Shown here: piece after piece, positions 56,102 through 64,000 of the stretch
Layout: each line of letters starts with the position of its first letter
How positions within the stretch are numbered: the stretch's first letter is position 1
Source: Octopus vulgaris
Lineage: Eukaryota
Assembly: GCA_951406725.2 (NCBI GenBank)
Contig: OX597821.1
Span: 14,818,001 to 14,882,000 of the forward strand
Direction: 5' to 3'
Length of the DNA stretch: 64,000 nt
Notes under the pieces: model-generated
What the model saw: the letters and a program-made list of their open reading frames with translations, nothing else
Databases searched by the model: none
Told to the model about the DNA's origin: nothing
Program-made: the position numbers and the translations under genes

Positions 56102-56152
56102 AGCTTCTACAGGACTAGTACTGTTTCATTCAAGAGAAATCTTCAGGAAGCT
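56102..56152 (-). ncRNA. Type I hammerhead ribozyme in the 3' pLTR
   Basis: Exact reverse complement of 59983-60033. Confidence 0.8.
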
Positions 56153-56542
56153 ATTTAACAAGAATTGTATTAGCATTTATACATTTAGGCAGGTTTAAAG
56201 GAGTGGTGGTGGGGGACTTTTTTGGGGGTAGGCATAGCGCAAAATATCATACTTGGGGGAGTGGTCAAGGAGTCAGTGGTAAGTTAGATGAAAGAATAGA
56301 TAAATAAAAAATAAAATAATAAAATAAAAAAATAAAAAAATAAATAAAAAAATAATAAAATAAAATAAAAAATAAAAAAATAAAAAAAAAAAAAATAATA
56401 AAATAAAAATATATATAAAAAATATATATATAAATATAAAAAAATATATATATAAAAAAGGGGGGATAGAGTTATAGGTAAATAAGGAGATTCTCACTTA
56501 TACCTATACACATATGTATACGTATCTACACACATATATATA

Positions 56543-56596
<54 letters not shown>

Positions 56597-56898
56597 TATA
56601 TACACATATACATACATATCTACATACACACATACATACACCCGCCCACATATACAAATTTATACACATGCACATGCATATACCTGTCTACACATACACA
56701 CACGTATATATGCATACACTCACTCCCATGCATGCACGCATACACACATGTATATATATACACACGACCACACATACATATATACACAGAAAAATATATA
56801 TTCATACGCACATACACTCATGCACACACAACACACCTAGTTCCCTATATACACATATTTACACCTATATATACATACACCCACATACACATATGTAC

Positions 56899-56933
<35 letters not shown>

Positions 56934-57038
56934 CATATACACGCATACATATATATACATGTGTGCACATACATACATATACACATATACATACACACAC
57001 ACATACACATGTGTACCTATACATACCTACACATACAC

Positions 57039-57083
<45 letters not shown>

Positions 57084-57403
57084 CCAATACAGGCCCATTC
57101 CCTAATTTTAATTTTATTATCTTCATTTATTACTTTTGTTATCTTTGATCGCTAGAGCTAAGGATCCTGGCTATGGCAGCATGTCCATTTGTCTGTCTAC
57201 TAGAAGGCAAGTACTCATTCCCGCACGCACACTCATTAGCACGTACATTCACCCATTCGTACACTCATACACATACACGTACGCACGCGTTATATTCATA
57301 CATACAAACATCTACATACGTTCACGTATATACACATACGTACTCGTACCTACAGATTCGTGTCTACACTTTAGGAGGCTAGTCTATACATATACACCAA
57401 TAA

Positions 57404-57435
<32 letters not shown>

Positions 57436-57476
57436 ACATACACACACACACATATACTCCTACATACAGATACATA

Positions 57477-57544
<68 letters not shown>

Positions 57545-57748
57545 CATACACACACACACATATATATACACACACATACATACACATATATATACATACA
57601 CAAACATATATACACACATATATATATATATATACACACATACACACACATACATACATATACACACAAACACATACATACGTATACATACATACATACA
57701 TCCATACATCCATACTTACATGCATTTATACGCATACACACACCCCCA

Positions 57749-57783
<35 letters not shown>

Positions 57784-58272
57784 TCACACATACATATACA
57801 AATATACGCACACACATACATACATACACGTATACGCATACACGCACATACACATATACATGCGTACCCATACACGTGCACACACGCACGTGCATCCATA
57901 TATATACACACACACACATATATACACGTGTGCAAGCATACATACATACTCATACACGCACACATACTTACATATACATATATGCACACACTTACACACA
58001 TATATACATACACATATACATGCATACATACATATATGCATACATACACATACACGCACATACACATATACATGCGTACCCATACACGTGCACACACGCA
58101 CGCGCATCCATATATATACACACACACACATATATACACGTGTGCAAGCATACATACATACTCATACACGCACACATACTTACATATACATATATGCACA
58201 CACTTACACACATATATACATACACATATACATGCATACATACATATATGCATACATACACACACACACGCA

Positions 58273-58316
<44 letters not shown>

Positions 58317-58498
58317 TATACATACATACACATACATATACATACACACATACATATATCATACACATACACATACATACATATATATATATATATACAC
58401 ATATATACACATATACACATACATATATACACATATACATACATATACATACACACACACATACATATATACATATACACTGATACACATACCCATAC

Positions 58499-58529
<31 letters not shown>

Positions 58530-58623
58530 TATACACATGCATATACTTATATCTCTACATACTCACATATAAACATATATATATATACACACACATATAT
58601 ATATATATATACATGTACATACG

Positions 58624-58655
<32 letters not shown>

Positions 58656-58657
58656 CC

Positions 58658-58695
<38 letters not shown>

Positions 58696-59591
58696 TACAT
58701 ATACACATATACATGTATACATACGCAATAATGATACACATATATACACATACACACACACAGACAGATGCATATACATACATATATATATAAATTACAT
58801 ATCTATATAAATACATACATAATACACATATACACACACATATATATACATGCATATACATATACAAATATACATACACATACATACACACACACGCGCG
58901 CACATACATATACACACACACATATACAAATACATACATACACACATACACACACACACATATATACATACATGTACACATATACATATATATATATATC
59001 AACAAGGGAGGGTAAAGTTAATTAGTTATTAATCAATTTCACCAAGTATTCAGTATGTAAAGGGACCATTATTATTTTGAGTAAACAATGTTAGAGGGAA
59101 AAAAATTCTCTAAGTAGTGGAAGAGGCTAAAAAACTTTATTGGCTGCTATTTCTAGAAAGTTTAGTATGTGGCAAAGTAATTTATTTTATTTTACTAAGC
59201 CCTAATTATATAATATTTTATACATACATACACATACATAAACACATACATTTACACATACATATGCATATACGTATATACACATATACATACAAACACA
59301 TATACATATATACACACACACACACATACAAGCACATACATATATATATATATATACATATATGCAAATATATATACATATATATATTTTTACATGCATA
59401 CATACACACACACACACATAATACATGCGTATATTCCTACTGTACCCATGCATTTCTATACATATATACATACATACGATACACATATACAAGCGTGCAC
59501 ATACAATATGTGAAAGGTCTTAGGAGAAAAGGTAATCGGGGGTGCTAGGGGAACAGTGGGGTTGGGGGGGGGTTGTAGGGGGGGGTTGTCA

Positions 59592-59924
59592 TCAATCAGG
59601 TTGCCGGTTAGGTCTATAGTTCTTGTAGTTCGCATACTTCTTATGCATGCAATTTGGGGAGTGTTCTGAAAATTTGTTAAGGAGAGGGCCTTTGGCGAAC
59701 AAGATCTCTAGGCTCTCTGATATGCATAGGTCACAGCAGGTATGTCCTCCTGTGTACGAGCGCGCCTTCTGTAGTAGTTTCCACTTGGTCTTGAAGGGGA
59801 TTGAGTTCCTTTTAAGGTACCAGATGTGGGCGGCGAGGGTAGTTTGGTTGGATTTATCCTGTCGCCGGAACGAGTGTGTATGTGCGTACCAGCGGGTCTT
59901 AAAGCTGTTTGACGTCATTCCAAT
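59592..59924 (-). pseudogene. Penelope-like GIY-YIG endonuclease, C-terminal part (5' truncated, frame intact)
   Basis: IGMTSNSFKTRWYAHTHSF..TTLAAHIWYLK..WKLL..A.SY....CCDLCISE..I..LLNK.SE...CMH: YIG remnant, conserved R, E and N, His/Cys cluster. Confidence 0.85.
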
Positions 59925-59982
59925 GACGTCATTCCAATTTACCTGCCTAAATGTATAAATGCTAATACAATTCTTGTTAAAT

Positions 59983-60033
59983 AGCTTCCTGAAGATTTCT
60001 CTTGAATGAAACAGTACTAGTCCTGTAGAAGCT
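59983..60033 (+). ncRNA. Type I hammerhead ribozyme in the inverted pLTR
   Basis: AGCUUC-CUGAAGA-UUUCUCUUGAAU-GAA-ACAG-UACUAGUC-CUGU-A-GAAGCU: stem I 6 bp, stem III 4 bp with palindromic loop, GUA triplet (cut predicted after 60027), short stem II. Confidence 0.8.
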
Positions 60034-60160
60034 CCTTCTATATAATAAATTAATTTTACTCTGCTATGTATTGAGTACCTTACTTACTGTGGTTAACCCC
60101 GAATCAACCCGGGACCTACATATATATATATATATATATAAACACATATATAAATATATA

Positions 60161-60424
60161 TGCGCAGGAGTGGTTGTGTGGTAAGAAGCCTGCTTCCCAA
60201 CCACATGGTTCTCGGTTCAGTCCCACTGCTCAGCACCTTAGGAAAATATTTCCTACTGTACCCACAGGCCGATGGAAACTAAAAGAAGCCCGTCGCATAT
60301 GTGTGTGTCTGTATGTCTATCTGTGCACCTCCTCCTATCGCCATTTGATAACCGATATTGGTGTGTTTACGTCCCTGTAACTTAGAATAAGTACTAGGCT
60401 GCAAAAATAAGTTAAAAAAGTCGA

Positions 60425-60428
<4 letters not shown>
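60161..60428 (+). mobile_element. SINE family A 5' part (inverted partner of 55806-56035)
   Basis: Head plus body ending abruptly in (TCTA)n. Confidence 0.85.
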
Positions 60429-60482
<54 letters not shown>

Positions 60483-60505
60483 ATATATATATATATATAT
60501 ATATT

Positions 60506-61107
60506 CTCTCTTACTCTTTTACTTGTTTCAGTCATTTGACTGCGGCCATGCTGGAGCAACACCTTTAGTCGAGCAAATCGACCCCGGGACTTATTCTTTG
60601 TAAGCCCAGTACTTATTCTATCGGTCTCTTTTTGCTGAACCGCTAAGTGACGGGGACGTAAACACACCAGCATCGGTTGTCAAGCAATGCTAGGGGACAA
60701 ACACAGACACACAAACACATACACACATACATATATATATACATATATACGACAGGCTTCTTTCAGTTTCCGTCTACCAAATCCACTCACAAGGCTTTGG
60801 TCGGCCCGAGGCTATAGTAGAAGACACTTGCCCAAGATGCCACGCAGTGGGACTGAACCCGGAACCATGTGATTGGTAAACAAGCTACTTTATTTCATGA
60901 AAGATTCGCCATTAAGGCGTTACATAGAGGGGACATACAATTACAGACAAACATATAGGGTGTAGTAGCTTAAAACGTTGGTGATTACAATAAAATATAT
61001 ATAATATTTACAATATAAAGTTTTTAAAATTAGGTATTATACAGTAGGGCACGGATCCCAGCCATCTGGGTAAACAAGCTACTTACCACACAGCCACTCC
61101 TGCGCCT
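60506..61107 (-). mobile_element. SINE family A with a 178-bp insertion in its tRNA head
   Basis: Colinear with full-length copies apart from 60891-61068. Confidence 0.9.
60891..61068 (-). mobile_element. 5'-truncated non-LTR retroelement 3' end sharing tail-1 with SINE C
   Basis: 16-bp TSD GGTAAACAAGCTACTT at 60875-60890 and 61069-61084; 27/31 identity of 60922-60952 to tail-1; same TATTTC terminus. Confidence 0.75.
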
Positions 61108-61519
61108 ATATATATATTGTTGATCGCGCGACCACACTCACACACATGAGCACGTTTGTGAATGGGTGTGTGCCTATTTGTGTGCATGTACAGTAACGCA
61201 CATAAACGTGCATATACTTATAAGTCAAAATATTCGACATCCTCTACCACTGGCACTCTTCCATGCGCATACTCAAACAGAAACTGACGAAACTGACTTT
61301 ATAGTGCCATAGATAAAGTACAATTAGATCAAATTACCGTTTGGAGGAAAACTTAAACTTCACTAACAATAATCTGAACAATAACCTGTGTATCATGAGA
61401 TTTAAAAATATAGAAAAGTAGTAAGATGTAATAAGGTGGAGATAGAAAGAGTGTATGATAGCTAGATAGATTACGGAGTGAATGGGTAAGCTAGAAAGAG
61501 CGCATGCGGGAGATCATTT

Positions 61520-61526
61520 CAGATAG

Positions 61527-61558
<32 letters not shown>

Positions 61559-61710
61559 GGAGAGAGGGAGAAAGAGACAGAGAAAGTGGCTGGAAGAGAT
61601 TACAGATACGAATGCCTAAGACAGCGTACTGAAACAAAACTTTTGATATAATGAAATAGTATATCATAGGATTAACTGAAGTGACTTATTGATAGAATAA
61701 TAGATAGAAA

Positions 61711-61741
<31 letters not shown>

Positions 61742-61937
61742 GGAAGGCGTGAGAGTGAAGTATAGAGAGAATGGGTGAAAGAGAAAATAGAATGTAACTG
61801 GGGTAGCTGATAGATCGATAGAAATAGTGATAGACAGATAGATAAGAATGATAAATAGATAGATAGATAGATAGATAGGCATATACATAGACTGATAGAT
61901 AGATAGACAAATGCACATATGGACAAAGAGATAAAAA

Positions 61938-61989
<52 letters not shown>

Positions 61990-62110
61990 AGATAGAGGGA
62001 GGGTGTGAGGGTGAAGTATACAGAGAATGGGTGAAAGAGAAAATTGACAGAATGTAACTGGAGTGGCTGATAGATCGAGAGAAATAGTGGTAGACAGATA
62101 GATAAGAATG

Positions 62111-62141
<31 letters not shown>

Positions 62142-62420
62142 GAGAAAGAGAGAGAGAGATAGAGAGAGACAGGGAGATAGATAGATAGGCATATACATAG
62201 ACAAATGCATATATGGACAAAAATGATAGATATACAGATAGCTAGACAGAAAGATAGCTAAACAGGTAGTTAGAGAAATAGACAGATAGATAGACAGAAA
62301 GTTAGAAATATAAATAGACTGACAGACAGACAGGTAGATGGATCGATGGACAGAAGGATAGATAGAGAGAAAGAGAGGGAGAGTGGAAGGGAGAAGAGAA
62401 AGAGAGAGAGAGAGATTTCA
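61520..62420. repeat. Purine-rich (GATA)n/(GA)n tract containing a diverged duplicated unit (61739-61928 vs 61995-62222)
   Basis: Shared GTGAAGTATA.AGAGAATGGGTGAAAGAGAAAAT and GACAAATGCA.ATATGGACAAA blocks. Confidence 0.85.
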
Positions 62421-63063
62421 TTTTACTAAGTAAAACAGATTTAGCCTGAGGCGAAACAATATCACTACCGGCGACAACAACAGCAGCAACAACCTTAAGT
62501 TTTCCCTGAGTTATTTTTATTTGTATATCATTATTAGCCAAAGCAGTATGTCGTAAGTGAAGCTCCTGCCAATGCATGCAACACACCAAGTAAGAAGCGA
62601 GAGAGAATCATGAGGTTCTTGTAGAATATCGCACGCAAGGAAACCTGGAAAATTAGCATATTTAAAACGATAAATTACTGAAGTTACTTATCAGACGCCA
62701 TGCACATAGTAAAAAAGTGGATAAGATAAGGCTAATATATTCATGGCCTTGGTTTACCTGATCTGCATAAGATAATTATGTGAAAATAAATCAAGCTAAT
62801 CTATAGGGTGATGGGGTGCTATTGGCGAAATCACAGATCGCTCAAGTAAAGTTGAGAAAGTACAGAAATAAATGAAATAATAAATATGTACTTTAAACAT
62901 TCTCTTCATTGATTCTTCTGCTTGTTTTAAGAGATACGCAACCGGGAATTAATGCGATAATTCACACTCCTTGTAAGATTAAAGCCCATTGTTCAAGGCG
63001 ACGTCACTCGGTTACGTCACCGCTAATTTTCTTTCAATATTCGATTGTATTCTGTTTTTATCT

Positions 63064-63392
63064 TTTTATCTTTTACTTGTTTCAGTCATGTGACTGTGGC
63101 CATGCTGGCGCACCGCCTTTGGTCGAGCAAATCGACCCCCAGGACTTATTCTTTGTAAGCCTGGTACTTATTCTATCGGTCTCTTTTTGCCGAACTACTA
63201 AGTTACGGGGACGTAAAAACAGCAGCATCGGTTGTCAAGCGATGTTGGTGGGACAAACACAGACGCACAAACATATATACACACACACACATATATATAT
63301 ATGTACATATATACGACGGGCTTCTTTCAATTTCCGTCTACCAAATCCACTCACAAGGCTTTGGTCGGCCCGAGGCTATAGTAGAAGACACT
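63064..63392 (-). mobile_element. SINE family A, head missing
   Basis: Colinear up to AGAAGACACTT. Confidence 0.88.
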
Positions 63393-63399
63393 TTTTTAT

Positions 63400-63830
63400 A
63401 CGCCTGGGTCAAGGAAATTACCTCAATCCGTTTTGTACGGAAGAATTGGGTATGAATCCCAGTACAGCTGTTATTTACAACAGTTATGTTCGTGAGTTGT
63501 GTGCGAAGGACCTGCTCCACAACCCAGTTCAGATAGTTGGTCAAGGAAAGATCGCTGAAATAGACGAGACAGTGTACTCAAAACGCAAGTACAACCGATG
63601 GAGGAAGTTACTTGAACAGTGGGGTCTTTGGAGGAGTTTTTTTTTCTTGGAGATGGTAGCAAGTTATATAAGGGTCGTTTGGCTGCTATTTCTTATTGCG
63701 TTAAGTGACAACTTAGAGACATACTTCATGCCTCTTATAAAATACCGAACGAGATACGCAAAAATTTCAGTGAATTAAAATATTAAAAGCTTAACCCGGA
63801 CCGGTCTTAGGAGGTGCGGAGGGAATTTCC
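63400..63830 (+). pseudogene. Merlin (IS1016/ISXO2-like) DDE transposase relic
   Basis: ELGMNPSTAVIYNSYVRELC..L...VQIVGQGKIAEIDETVYSKRKYNRWR..EQW matches IGGxGxxVEIDExxxxKRKYNRGR..QWVFG; frameshifted downstream; possible right TIR ending GGGAATTTCC at 63830. Confidence 0.8.
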
Positions 63831-64000
63831 GATTTCTGTGTAAAAAAATTATTTGGGGTATATAAGGAGATGAGATTAGTTGATATACGGATGTGTGTGA
63901 TTGTGTATAAAAAAATGCATTACTCAAAGAAATTCCAACTTTGACTTTCACATTTTATTTACAAGCTCATAATAATATAATATAAGATAATATGAAATGA

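Larger units (their letters stand above)
56084..60118 (-). mobile_element. Young 5'-truncated Penelope-like element with inverted pLTR, GIY-YIG fragment and ~3.4-kb low-complexity 3' region
   Basis: ~109-bp identical inverted repeats (56084-56192 / 59941-60051), endonuclease ORF, hammerheads in both pLTRs, (TA)n on both flanks. Confidence 0.85.

Noticed and set aside
57136-58793. 478-aa and 357-aa His/Thr/Tyr/Ile-rich ORFs
   Set aside because: Translation of degenerate TA/CA repeats that lack stops in several frames on both strands

Overview
AT-rich, microsatellite-saturated eukaryotic DNA whose repeat families look cephalopod, most likely Octopus (recognised from memory of the tRNA-derived SINEs, not from a search). 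I find no confidently recognisable host gene; nearly all ORF-track entries are translated (TA)n/(CA)n/(TACA)n/(ATT)n tracts or SINE sequence. The window is a transposon landscape: four tRNA-headed SINE families (my working labels A-D), three non-autonomous Helitrons plus a Helitron helicase relic, hAT MITEs, CR1, RTE and RLE-type LINE relics, a Merlin transposase relic, and a young ~4 kb Penelope-like element with a GIY-YIG fragment and identical inverted pseudo-LTRs that each carry a type I hammerhead ribozyme. Two observations stand out. (1) One 3' tail is shared by a SINE-C subfamily and an otherwise unrelated LINE-like insert, and every copy I found sits co-oriented inside the tRNA-like head of another SINE (two with 16-bp TSDs, one as a 185-bp tandem array). 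This suggests a retrotransposon that targets Pol III promoter heads. (2) About ten fold-back mini-elements lie in (TA)n tracts, several with hammerhead cores.
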